The notes under the pieces are model-generated. The model was not told where the DNA came from, did no database searches, and saw nothing but the letters and a program-made list of their open reading frames with translations. Both the position numbers and the translations under genes were made by a program. From NCBI RefSeq assembly GCF_006345805.1, contig NW_021833182.1:1-28951 (forward strand): a stretch of DNA of 28,951 nt. Reading direction: 5' to 3'. The stretch comes from Octopus sinensis. Taxonomy: Eukaryota. This document shows, one piece after another, positions 10,799 through 21,099 of this stretch; position 1 is the first letter of the stretch, and each line of letters opens with the position of its first letter.

Positions 10799-10801
10799 TT
10801 A

Positions 10802-10856
<55 letters not shown>

Positions 10857-10868
10857 TGATGATGATGA

Positions 10869-10916
<48 letters not shown>

Positions 10917-11109
10917 CCATCCTACTATAGACAAAAGTTCTTGAACTTTTGCGGAGCGGGCTTGCCGATCACAGAACACCTATTGTGTTTTTAATACATG
11001 TTCAAAGAAAAGGCTGTTCCTCATAATTTATGTGTATACAGACACATAGGCAGACGGACAGACTCACACACACACGCATACACACACACACACGCACACA
11101 CACACACGT

Positions 11110-11147
<38 letters not shown>

Positions 11148-11159
11148 ACACACACACTT

Positions 11160-12260
11160 TTGATGAGGGATTCATCGCAAACAATGATCAACATATAATG
11201 GACGTATTATGACTGCAAAGAAGCTGCTCCTATTCCACAACAACTCAGCCTAGCTACATAAGGAAAATTCCAAACTTTTCAACATCATCATGAAATGCTA
11301 CGACAGAGAGAAAACATGTGAAATAGTAGAGGTGTACATCCTGGAACGAATAGACAAAGTATTCACGAAATCCAGCATAGGACTACACAGAGACGACGGC
11401 TTAATCATCTGCTAAAATATGGACTGGCATAAATTCATCACATTCAGAAAAGAAATACCGTAAATCCTCGAGTATAGTCCGCTTTTGAGTATAATACGCA
11501 GGGGATTTTGTAGGGGGCTGTACCTCTGAAAAACTTAAACCTTGTGTATAATACATACCCCTTCTCTAACTTGAGTCAAGAAGGTCTATATAACGTCCTT
11601 GGTTTGTAAAAATGTATATGGTAACGTCCTTTATTATTATTGTATATATATATAACATAATGCAAACGTGTAGCATTTTTGTGCATTTTGTTTGCAGAAA
11701 ATAAAGAAATAACAGTAATAACGTTTAATAAATGTTGCTTATTGCAAGTTATAGATGATTCTTTTATGACTTCATTGCTTTCAGGCTTAGCTTAAGGTAT
11801 TTTCGCGCCCGACATCACAAAATGCGTCTGAATAAACATTTCCAGACAGCAAATAGAGACTTGAACATTGCTGAGAAAATAATTTTCATTTTTAACCTCG
11901 TGTATAATACGCACTAGGGATTTTGACCTTTAAATTTTGGGGAAAAAATGCGGATTATACACGAGGATTTACGGTAATAAAGACCTTTAAAGAGTTTGAC
12001 CTACAAATAACCTTAGAAACCAACCTATCCGTAGTAAACTACCTTGAAGTAACATGAAATCTGAACTCTGAGAAACACTACTCTTACAGAAAGCCTAGCG
12101 TAGTGCTTTTGTATATAAGCATAAAATCATGCCACTCACTATCGATAATCAAAAATCTAATTAGCATCATAAAACAAAGAATCACAACAATTTCGACTGA
12201 CAAGGAAATATCTGATCCAACGCGGGAGCAACGTTCTACACCGAAACCCTAAAAGCGAAT
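11160..12260 (+). mobile_element. Penelope-like element reverse transcriptase remnant, split by a MITE
   Basis: FNIIMKCYDREKTCEIVEVYILE...IGLHRDDGL...RKEI/IKTFKEFDLQITLETNLSVVNYLEVT*NLNSEKHYSYRKP matches the PLE RT pattern GLYRDDGL...TNLKVVNFLDVTLNL...PYRKP; in-frame stops present. Confidence 0.85.
11458..11974 (+). mobile_element. Tc1/mariner (pogo/Tc2-like) MITE, copy 1
   Basis: TIR ccgtaaatcctcgagtata / tatacacgaggatttacgg with TA at both flanks; 517 bp; removing it plus one TA restores the PLE reading frame. Confidence 0.92.
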
Positions 12261-12345
12261 AGACAAAATGCAATACATACCTACGACACGACGTATAAAC
12301 AATAAAAAGGAAAAAAAAAATTGAAAAAATAAAGAAACATCATAT

Positions 12346-12668
12346 AGACGCAGGAGTGGCTGTGTGGTAAGTAACTTGCTTACCAGCCATATGGTTCCGG
12401 GTTCAGTCCCACTGCGTGGCACCTTGGGCAAGTGTCTTCCACTATAGCCTCGGGCCGACCAAAGCCTTGAGAGTGGATTTGGTAGACGGAAACTGAAAGA
12501 AGCCCGTCGTATAATATATTATATATATATATATATATATAAATTATTAGAGAGTTAACCACTATGTGGATAGCTCTAGTGCTAAAAATAACTCCGATAG
12601 TATAGCCACAGAAAAAGATGTTCCAATTAGAAATAACATACATTTAATGGAAGGAAAGTGAAATTTAT

Positions 12669-12728
<60 letters not shown>

Positions 12729-12731
12729 TAT

Positions 12732-12777
<46 letters not shown>

Positions 12778-13040
12778 TACATATAATATGGTGTGTGTGT
12801 GTGTGTGCGGTGGTGTTGTGTGTGTGTGTGTATGTTTGCGTGTCTGTGCTGTCCCTCCAACATCGCTTGACAACCGATGCTGGTTGTGTTATGTCCCCGT
12901 AACTTAGCGGTTCGGCAAAAAAGAGACCGATAGAATAAGTGCTAGGCTTACAAAGAATAAGTCCTGGGATCGATTTGCTCGACTAAAGGTGGTGCTCCTG
13001 CATGGCCGCAGTCAAATGACTGAAAGAAGCAAAAGAGTAA
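12346..13040 (+). mobile_element. SINE-B full length with an unclassified ~130-bp insert in its internal (TA)n
   Basis: Head at 12346, insert at about 12541-12668, 3' half from about 12790 to 13040. Confidence 0.9.
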
Positions 13041-13065
13041 GTAAGAATCATCTGGTTCAACTCAC

Positions 13066-13143
13066 TCTGCAATTTAAAAGAAGCATCAATTGCATCATGT
13101 CGCTTCCTAGCAGCACTTAGCCAACGGTTGGTAAAGGTTGGGC
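13066..13143 (-). CDS. Candidate internal coding exon of an unidentified host gene (78 nt, phase 1-1: xPTFTNRWLSAARKRHDAIDASFKLQx)
   Basis: Acceptor ttgaactctttctcctctccAG|G, donor CAGA|GTGAGT, length divisible by 3, only one frame open, non-repetitive sequence. No family recognised. Confidence 0.45.
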
Positions 13144-13423
13144 CTGGAGAGGAGAAAGAGTTCAAGATGTTTACAGTATTTCTGTGTCTCGTGGGTGCTT
13201 GTGAGGTATGACTGTATTTATTGCTTTGCGATATATTAATGGAATCCTTTTTGGCTTCGTTTCATCCAATAATGTTACTGGAGTTATTTTAGCGACTCGG
13301 GGTGGGGTAAGATTTATACTCAGGATCTCGATACACTGGACTAGACACTGTTTGGCCCCTCTAGAAATATCTACCTTGTTGCTTACTGTATTATGGAAAT
13401 GGCATCCAAATCTCCCTCAAATC

Positions 13424-13837
13424 AAGGCGGCGAGCTGGCAGAAACGTTAGCACGTTGGGCGAAATGCTTTGCGGTATTTCGTCTGCCGCTACGTTCTGAG
13501 TTCGAATTCTGCCGAGGGCGACTTTGCCTTTCATCCTTTCGGGGTCGATAAATTAAGTACCAGTTACGCACTGGGATCGATGTAATCGACTTAATACCTA
13601 TGTCTGTCCTTGTTTGTCCCCTCTATGTTTAGCCCCTTGTGGGTAATAAAGAAATAGGTATTTCGTCTGCCGTTACGTTCTGAGTTCAAATTCCGCCGTG
13701 GTCGACTTAGCCTTTCATCCTTTCGGGGTCGAGTAAATAAGTACTAGTTACGCATTGGGGTCGATGTAATCGACTTAATCCCTTTGTCGGTCCTTATTTG
13801 TCCTCTCTATGTTTAGCCCCTTGTGGGCAAGAAAAAA
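13424..13837 (+). mobile_element. SINE-A head-to-tail dimer with 16-bp TSD
   Basis: aaatctccctcaaatc at 13408-13423 and 13838-13853; the second unit starts at gtatttcgtc. Confidence 0.92.
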
Positions 13838-15038
13838 AAATCTCCCTCAAATCTCTTCCTACCATCTTAAAAACAGGATGAACTGCATCACGTAGTCCTA
13901 AATATTAAAAAAATGCGGTGATGGGCATGAATGGAACAATTTTGACCGTGAGTCTGACTTACAGGTTAAACAACAACTACTGCCAATGCTTTATATAAAA
14001 TAACTTTTTTGTAGATTTTATCTTTAGAGATTTGTCAATAAAATTTTAAGATGCATATTGGTTTCGTAGTTTCATGGTGAGAGGAAACTAGGAAGTTATG
14101 GCGTTCATACATTTCTCATGCTTAAACGAATGAATTGGTTTCGTCAACAGTAAAATAATAAAGGAACTTTTCCTTGGGCTGAGTGAAAATTAGAAGTTGA
14201 AAATATAATATAAACGACACGGTAAAGCAGATCCCATCACTAAGGTAATAAAGTTTTTTTTTCAAAGTTAGTGTCAGAGAAGGAGAAAGAGAGATCCTAT
14301 GACTTTTATAATCCGTTCTAAGCTGGAGTGACTGATGCAGCCCCAATGTTCAGCTTGAATATTTACCTACAAGTCAATGTCTGCAAGGAAAACGAGGGTG
14401 GATAGAAAACCAGGATCTGATGCGAACGTTTATAATACAATGGGTATCGTTTAAAGATACCCAAAGACCGGAAGGTGGTGTTAGATCGAAGGGCATGAGT
14501 AGTCTTGATTAAGAAAAAATAAACTGTTTATATGCTGAATCAATGTAACACAAAAACACTATAACCAAATAATAATGCAAAGAGTTATTAAATGGGAAAA
14601 CTACACTGTATACTACAATAAAAAGAATAAGAAAACTTCAGCCAGCAGTAACATAAAAACCACCATGATTTTGACGATACTAAAACCATCAATTTTCATA
14701 AATTGCTAACACTTTTAGTTTCAAGACTCCACTAGGCCGACAAATTGGATTGAAAACAAAAATGAAAATATGATAATGCTATTTGATGGAGTCTGAAGCA
14801 AAGTTGCAATAATTGGCGAATGAATAAAAAAAAGCCATAAATTTCTTTCGCATATTGTTGGTGAAATCTTCGATATTTGCAATAGCAAACAAAGTTTTAT
14901 TGGGTTATTATATTACGTCTATGAATGGAAGTTCTTGAGGATTTTGATAGTTTGTATTTTATTAATAAGAGAGTTTGCAAAACATTTATGGTAACCCTTA
15001 AAACACCATTTGTCAGTTTGGTTAGTCATTAAAAATAC

Positions 15039-15364
15039 TGGCATTTCGTCTGTTATGACGACGAGTGTTCCAGTTGATTTACTCAACGGAATAGCTTGCT
15101 CCTGAAATTAACGCACAAGTGGCTGAGCATTCCTCAGACACGCGTACCCTTAACGTAGTTCTTAGGGAAATTCAGTGGGACACAGAATGTGACATGGTTG
15201 GTCTTTTGAATTACAGCTACCACTCAGTTTTGCCAGCTGAGTGGACTTAAAACAACGTACTATAAAATGTCTCGCCCAAGAGGCACAATGTGCAAGTGGA
15301 AATTGAACTCACGACCTTACACTCGTGAGGCGAATACCCTAACCACTTAGCCACGCGGCTTCTC
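15039..15364 (-). mobile_element. tRNA-derived SINE (type D-like head, distinct tail) with 16-bp TSD
   Basis: Reverse complement gccgcgtggctaagtggttagggtattcgcctcacg...gagttcaatttcc; TSD tagtcattaaaaatac at 15023-15038 and 15365-15380. Confidence 0.88.
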
Positions 15365-15653
15365 TAGTCATTAAAAATACCGATGTTATAAATACGATAA
15401 CACCAAGTTTTCCAGACTCAAATTATAATGAAACATGTTAGTTTACAGTTACGTATGATGATCCCACGCATATGCTGTCTCATCTCCCTGTTTTTTATGC
15501 TTCTACTATTGCAGCCTTTACTTCTCGGAACTTACTGGTCTATTCCTTCCATACACTCATCTCTCCTCTCATCAACCTTATTGTATCCAGTTACAGGTAT
15601 TACACTAAGCATTATACCCATTCCTTTCTCCTCAGAATATTGGTTCTCTTGCA

Positions 15654-16401
15654 AGGCGGCGAGATGGCCTAAGCGTTAGCACGCCGGGTGAAATGCTTAG
15701 CGGCATTTCGTCTGCCGCTACGTTCTGAGTTCAAATTCCGCCGAGGTCGACTTTGCCCTCCATCCTTTCGGGATCGATAAATGAAATACGCACTGGGGTC
15801 GATGTAATCGACTTAATCCCTTTGTCTGTCCTTTTTTGTCCCCTATATGATTAGCGCCTTTTAGGCAATGAAGAAGTAAGAAATATTAGCACGCCAGGTG
15901 AAATGCTTAGCGGAATTTCGTCTGTCTTTATGTTCTGAGTTCAAACTCCGCTGAGGTCGACTTTGCCTTTCATCCTTTCGGGGTCGATTAAATAAGTACC
16001 AGTTACGCACTGGCGTCGATATAATCAACTTAATCCGTTTGTCTGTCATTGTTTGTCCCCTCTCTGTTTAGCCCCTTGTGGGCAATAAAGAAATAAGAAA
16101 CATTAGCACGCCGGGTGAAGTGCCTTCATCCTTTCGGGGTCGATTAAATAAGTACCAGTTACGCACTGGGGTCGATATAATCGACTTAATCCGTTTGTCT
16201 GTCCTTGTTTGTCCTGTCTGTGTTTAGCCCCTTGTGGTTAGTAAAGAAATAGGTATTTCGTCTGTCTTTAAGTTCTGAGTTCAAATTCCACCGAGGTCGA
16301 CTTTGCCTTTCATCCTTTCAAAGTCGATAAATTAAGTACCAATTGCGTCCTGGGGTAGATCTAATCCCCCAAAATGTCGGGCCTTGTGCCTGGAGTAGAA
16401 A
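15654..16401 (+). mobile_element. SINE-A tetramer flanked by one 20-bp TSD
   Basis: Four head-to-tail units starting at about 15654, 15884, 16101 and 16253; agaat(a/g)ttggttctcttgca at 15634-15653 and 16402-16421. Confidence 0.9.
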
Positions 16402-16556
16402 AGAATGTTGGTTCTCTTGCATTTCGTTTTTATATATTTTCCCTGAAGTTGTGATTTTGCAATTACCCAAGTTGAAAGTTAATGGTGCGCATCTTACCGA
16501 TCTCAGAGGTCCTGTAAAATGGTCCTGGTGGATGTTTTCAATTTTTTTTTTCAGTA

Positions 16557-16582
16557 TCTCTCTATATATAAACGGCAAAATA

Positions 16583-16634
<52 letters not shown>

Positions 16635-16962
16635 TGTGTGTGTATCCTTTATACAAATCCACAAATTTTCAGTTTGAGGGCTCGCACTCTCTATAGTCAT
16701 TCAAAACCGTCCAAGGGTGGTTGTGCACATCTTTACATTTCCCCAGTCACCCCGAAAAGCCATTAAAAAATCAATAGAAGTGACTATTTTGTGAATTTTC
16801 TATCCAAAACCCAATCAAAATGCCCGAAACTTGATACACCAATTGAATGCCAGCTAGCTGTATGTGATTGGTCGGACAGTACTCGCGTGTATGTGCGCAC
16901 GCACGCAGCTGTATATGCATGCACTAGCACTATGACCCAGCGTTGCCGGGTCATAGTGCTAG
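16557..16962 (+). mobile_element. Non-autonomous Helitron-like element
   Basis: A|TC start (TCTCTCTATATATAAAC), internal (TG)n, GC-rich terminal hairpin, CTAG|T end, no TSD. Confidence 0.75.
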
Positions 16963-17280
16963 TTATTAATAAATGCAGTGAATGTTTTGTATTAGATGTC
17001 TAGATTACGTGTGGCTGAAGCGTGTATACATAATCTTTGGGTAGATAATGGTATCGTTTGCGCGTTAGCGTGTAAATCGTTATAAGTAGCTACAAAGTTG
17101 TTAGTATACATAAGAAATAACGTAGGCGACATAACCAAACTATGATGCGCACTAAAGTTTATAAAGAACTGGCTGGAAAGGCCTTTATCAATGAACGCTG
17201 ATATGGCACAGTCTGTCAGATACGTCTTATCCTAAAGATGAGAATGTTGTGGGTTCTATAGACTAGCTACTTAGAGCGTT

Positions 17281-17761
17281 CGGATCTTTTCAGCTTGAAC
17301 GGCAGTTTTTTCTAGTGGTGTCATATGAAATTGTCACCCATAATTATGACCCTAGTATCGATCTATTGCATTTCAATCTGTTTTAGGGTTAGGATTAGAG
17401 TTACGGTTAGTTAGGGTTAGGGTTAGTTAGGGTTAGGGTTAGTTAAGGTTAGGGTTAGGGGTGGGGGAAGGGTATCTTTTTTTCTTCAGAAATGTAAAAT
17501 AAACCCAATCTGTTTCTTAAACGAGGGACATTTTCATACGGCACAGAATGTTTTCACCTCAATAGACGTCATTGATTGGTTGAAATTGCAGAAATTGAAG
17601 AAAAAAAAACAACAAATATCTTACAAAATATAGAATTTTCTCAATAAAGCCAAGAGAAAAAGATGTTTTATAAACACATTCTACCAGTTATACGAAGTTT
17701 AAAAGTGTTTCGTTACGTGGAAATTATTTTAAAAAAATGCCGTTCAAACCGAAAAGATCCG
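17281..17761. mobile_element. Unclassified non-autonomous TIR element carrying TTAGGG repeats, 6-bp flanking duplication
   Basis: 31-bp TIR cggatcttttc(a/g)g(c/t)ttgaacggca(g/t)tttttt with 3 mismatches; agcgtt at 17275-17280 and 17762-17767; TTAGGG/TTAG array at about 17383-17460. Confidence 0.88.
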
Positions 17762-17840
17762 AGCGTTCTTTTGTCAGATATGACCCGAGGCTTTGCTGAT
17801 TTGTAAAGAATATATCACTATTTTCACCACTGTTTGGACA

Positions 17841-17897
17841 TTTCGCGGGAGTGCACTATAGCGAAGTAAGCCTCCGGCAGATCAACGGAAGCGGAAA
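17841..17897. promoter_or_regulatory. Possible promoter-like motif cluster (E2F-like plus tandem ETS-like)
   Basis: TTTCGCGG at 17841 and CGGAAGCGGAAA at 17886 in a locally CpG-rich unique stretch; motif match only. Confidence 0.2.
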
Positions 17898-18354
17898 CTT
17901 TAAGTTACTAAATTTGTCACTAACGTTTCTTGCCGTTCATTGTCTCATTCCTATAATAAAATGATGTTGGTATGCATTTCTCCCTCTCTGTATCGTATGC
18001 GCGGCTAATGTGATTTATGTAGACATTTACCGCATTGTTTATAATCCAAAAAGTTTCGATAAACTGATGTTATTGGTGTTATCTTCCCCGTTGGTCACGA
18101 AAAAAAAATTTTTTTAACGTCCTTAGTGAAGGCTTTTGGCAATTTATTTCATAATCTCAGTTGATCGAAGTTTTATAGCTCACTGTATTTATGTCTTTAT
18201 ATCTGTGAAGGATCTGTTATGAATTGCTGCTTCTTCTCTCGGTACATTATGATATATCGTAGTTGAAGTTTGGTATCCACTCATTTGTAATAAAAACGGA
18301 CGTTTTATACTGTTGCCTCGTATTCGTTTATACATTTGCTCAGAACAGTTTAAT

Positions 18355-18754
18355 ACTCTTTTACTCTTTTACTTGTTTCAGTCATTTGACTGCGGCCATG
18401 CTGGAGCACCGCCTTTAGTCGAGCAAATCGACCCCGGGACTTATTCTTTGTAAGCCCAGTACTTATTCTATCGGTCTCTTTTGCCGAACCGCTAAGTGAC
18501 GGGGACGTAAACACACCAGCATCGGTTGTCAAGCAATGCTAGGGGGACAAATACAGACACACAAACATATACACACACACATATATATATATATATACAT
18601 ATATACGACAGGCTTCTTTCAGTTTCCGTCTACCAAATCCACTCACAAGGCATTGGTCGGCCCGAGGCTATAGCAGAAGACACTTGCTGTGGGACTGAAC
18701 CCGGAACCATGTGGCTGATTAGCAAGCTACTTACCACACAGCCACTCCTGCGCC
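18355..18754 (-). mobile_element. SINE-B full length
   Basis: Reverse complement of the SINE-B pattern, with a small deletion in the CORE-like region. Confidence 0.92.
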
Positions 18755-19061
18755 TATAGAATAAAAACAACATTCTATAGAATAGAATAAAACGATTGAT
18801 TTTTGGCAACTGCTTCTTGTCACAGCGCTTTTATTTTTCGTTTAAAATGCAAAAATACAATAACAAGAGGAAAACTTTGATCGCATAGCTTTGACAGCAC
18901 TTCATTGGATACAAGTACAAAATGACGCATTGAAAAACTACTTCGACACATTTTTCTGTTGAATTCCCAGACTCAACCGAACAATAAAGACTCACGCTAC
19001 TTACTAACTTCATTTCTCCTCCAGTTTTCAATCATATTGCAGGTTGTATCTACTATAGTAT

Positions 19062-19276
19062 TAACGGGAAGCTTTATGAAAATAAACAAAAGACGAAGGC
19101 AGGTGGAATACAAACAAACAATTGTATTAGTATGGCGCTCAGGAATAAAAATGAAACAAGTCTTTTACATTTCGAGCCTACGCTCTTCAACTGAAAGATA
19201 CACAGAAAAGAAACACGGAGAGAAACAAGGAGAGAAAAAAAAATGCGTGCAGAAGCTAGCGAATCAACATGGCGAT
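19062..19276 (-). mobile_element. Penelope-type terminal fragment with hammerhead-like motif (copy 2)
   Basis: Reverse complement closely matches 23016-23227. Confidence 0.7.
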
Positions 19277-19297
19277 ACTATAGTACTACAATAGTTG

Positions 19298-19811
19298 CCG
19301 TAAATCCTTGAGTATAATCCGCATTCCCCCCCCAAAAAAAATTTAAAGGTCAAAATCCCTAGTGCGTATATACACGAGGTTAAAAATGATAATTATTTTC
19401 TAAGCAATGTCCGAGTCTCTATTTGCTGTCCGGCAATGTTTATTCAGACGCATTTTGTGATGTCGGCGTGAAAATACCTTAAGCTAAGCCTGAAAGCAAT
19501 GAAGTCATAAAAGAATCATCCATAACTTGCAGTAAGCAACATTTATTAAACGTTATTATTGTTATTTCTTTATTTTCTGCAAACAAAATGCACAAAAAAG
19601 CTACACGTTTGCATTATGTTATATATACAATAATAACAAAGGACGTTACCGTATACATTTTTACAAACCAAGGACGTTATATAGACTTCCTTGACTCAAG
19701 TTAGAAAAGGGGTGCGTATTATACACAAGGTTTAGGTTTTTCAGAGATACTGCCCCCTAAAATTCCCCCAAGTATTATACTCAAGAGCGGACTATACTCG
19801 AGGATTTACGG
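19298..19811 (-). mobile_element. pogo/Tc2-like MITE, copy 2, inverted relative to copy 1
   Basis: Reverse complement of 11458-11974 (roughly 90% similar by eye); TIR ccgtaaatcct; flanks TG/TA. Confidence 0.92.
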
Positions 19812-19966
19812 TACTATTAATACTTTCGAACGTATCTTTATTAAACAACAGAATACAATTTTTTGTAGATTACAATTGCAATCACGAAAATAACCTGGCA
19901 AAAACCCTGAATTTTATGACACAATTATACACCACCACGCCAGGCACTATAAATTCCTAGCTATAA

Positions 19967-20177
19967 CTCTCTTTTACTCTTTTACTTGTTTCAGTCATTT
20001 GACTGCGGCCATGCTGGAACACCGCCTTTAATCGAGCAACTTGACCCCGGGACTTATTCTTTTGTAAGCCCAGTACTTATCCTATCGGTCTCTTTTGCCG
20101 AACCGCTAAGTTACGGGGACATAGACACGCCAGCATCGGTTGTCAAGCAATGCTAGGGGGACAAACACAAACACACA

Positions 20178-20218
<41 letters not shown>

Positions 20219-20411
20219 TATATATATATAATATATATATATATATACATATATACGACGGGCTTCTTTCAGTTTCCGTCTACCAAATCCACTCACAAGG
20301 CTTTGGTTGGCCCGACGCTATAGTAGAAGACACCTGCCCAAGGTGTCACGCAGTGGGACTGAACCCGGAACCATGTGGTTGGTAAACAAGCTACTTACCA
20401 CATAGCCACTC
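19967..20411 (-). mobile_element. SINE-B full length
   Basis: Reverse complement of the SINE-B pattern with internal (TA)n. Confidence 0.92.
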
Positions 20412-20474
20412 AGGAAAACCTTAAAGAGCTATTTATTCCCGGAATCTCTTCTGTCTACATTTGACTAAGACTAC

Positions 20475-20567
20475 CTGGGAACTTTCCACTGGATTCGGAA
20501 GGTAATCCAATCTCGTTCTCTCGAAAATGCTCTGAGAAATGTAAAGGTTTTCCAGTAATCTTACTTC
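20475..20567 (-). CDS. Weak candidate exon (93 nt; phase 1 reads GSKITGKPLHFSEHFRENEIGLPSESSGKFP)
   Basis: Acceptor ttttgcattgacAG|G, non-optimal donor CAG|GTAGTC, frame-preserving and phase-compatible with the 13066-13143 candidate; phase 0 is also open. Confidence 0.22.
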
Positions 20568-20707
20568 CTGTCAATGCAAAACTACAGCAAAACTATGGCC
20601 GAGCTCCTTTAACAACGAGTTGTCATTATGAAGAAACTAACTTGTTGCGAAGATCCTGTTTATGTACTGATTCTTATCATAACCGTTCTGTTATCTAGCA
20701 AAATTTA

Positions 20708-20886
20708 CCGTATTTTAACGCGTATAAGGAGCCCTCCTGTGTACGGACCCCCACCCTAATATTCTGGGCTTAAAATTTGGAAAAAAGGTGTTGTAAGGGA
20801 TTATAGTACTATCCATGTATAAGAGACTAATATTTTTTAACCTAATTTTTGACAAAAAAGTGTTCCTTATACACGTTAAAATGCAG
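20708..20886. mobile_element. Small Tc2/pogo-like MITE (179 bp)
   Basis: TIR ccgtattttaacgcgtataagga / tccttatacacgttaaaatgcag with TA flanks. Confidence 0.85.
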
Positions 20887-21099
20887 TAAGTCGTCTTGAC
20901 CTACTGGTGAATACTTTCAAGTTTTTTTTTTCAGTATCTCTCTATATTTCAACTGCAAAAAATTGATTGTAGATTTTTAACGAGTACCACACCAGCAATT
21001 ACAATCCTTGCTACAACAAAGGTACATCAAAGAAATGTACCTTCACATCACACAACCACTTCAATTACAAAAGTAAGGAAAATCGACGAATAAGAATTT

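Noticed and set aside
12057-12059. In-frame TGA in the Penelope-like RT as possible selenocysteine (reported for some Naiad elements)
   Set aside because: It aligns to a Leu position (VT-L-NL) rather than Cys, the copy also has TAA and TAG stops, and I saw no SECIS; simple decay explains it.
13167-13205. Plus-strand signal-peptide-like mini exon MFTVFLCLVGACE|GTATGA
   Set aside because: Only 13 codons, no convincing next exon, and it overlaps the intron end of the better minus-strand candidate.
14367-14380. 14-nt minus-strand micro-exon candidates here and at about 16498-16511
   Set aside because: Not frame-preserving, with stops in most phases or a weak pyrimidine tract; such sites are frequent by chance in AT-rich introns.
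15654-16401. Regularly spaced repeats as a CRISPR-like array
   Set aside because: Units are 150-230-bp SINE copies without unique spacers, in a eukaryotic context with no cas genes.
17383-17460. TTAGGG array as a chromosome end or fusion scar
   Set aside because: Short, one orientation only, and enclosed by TIRs with a flanking duplication, so it is transposon cargo.
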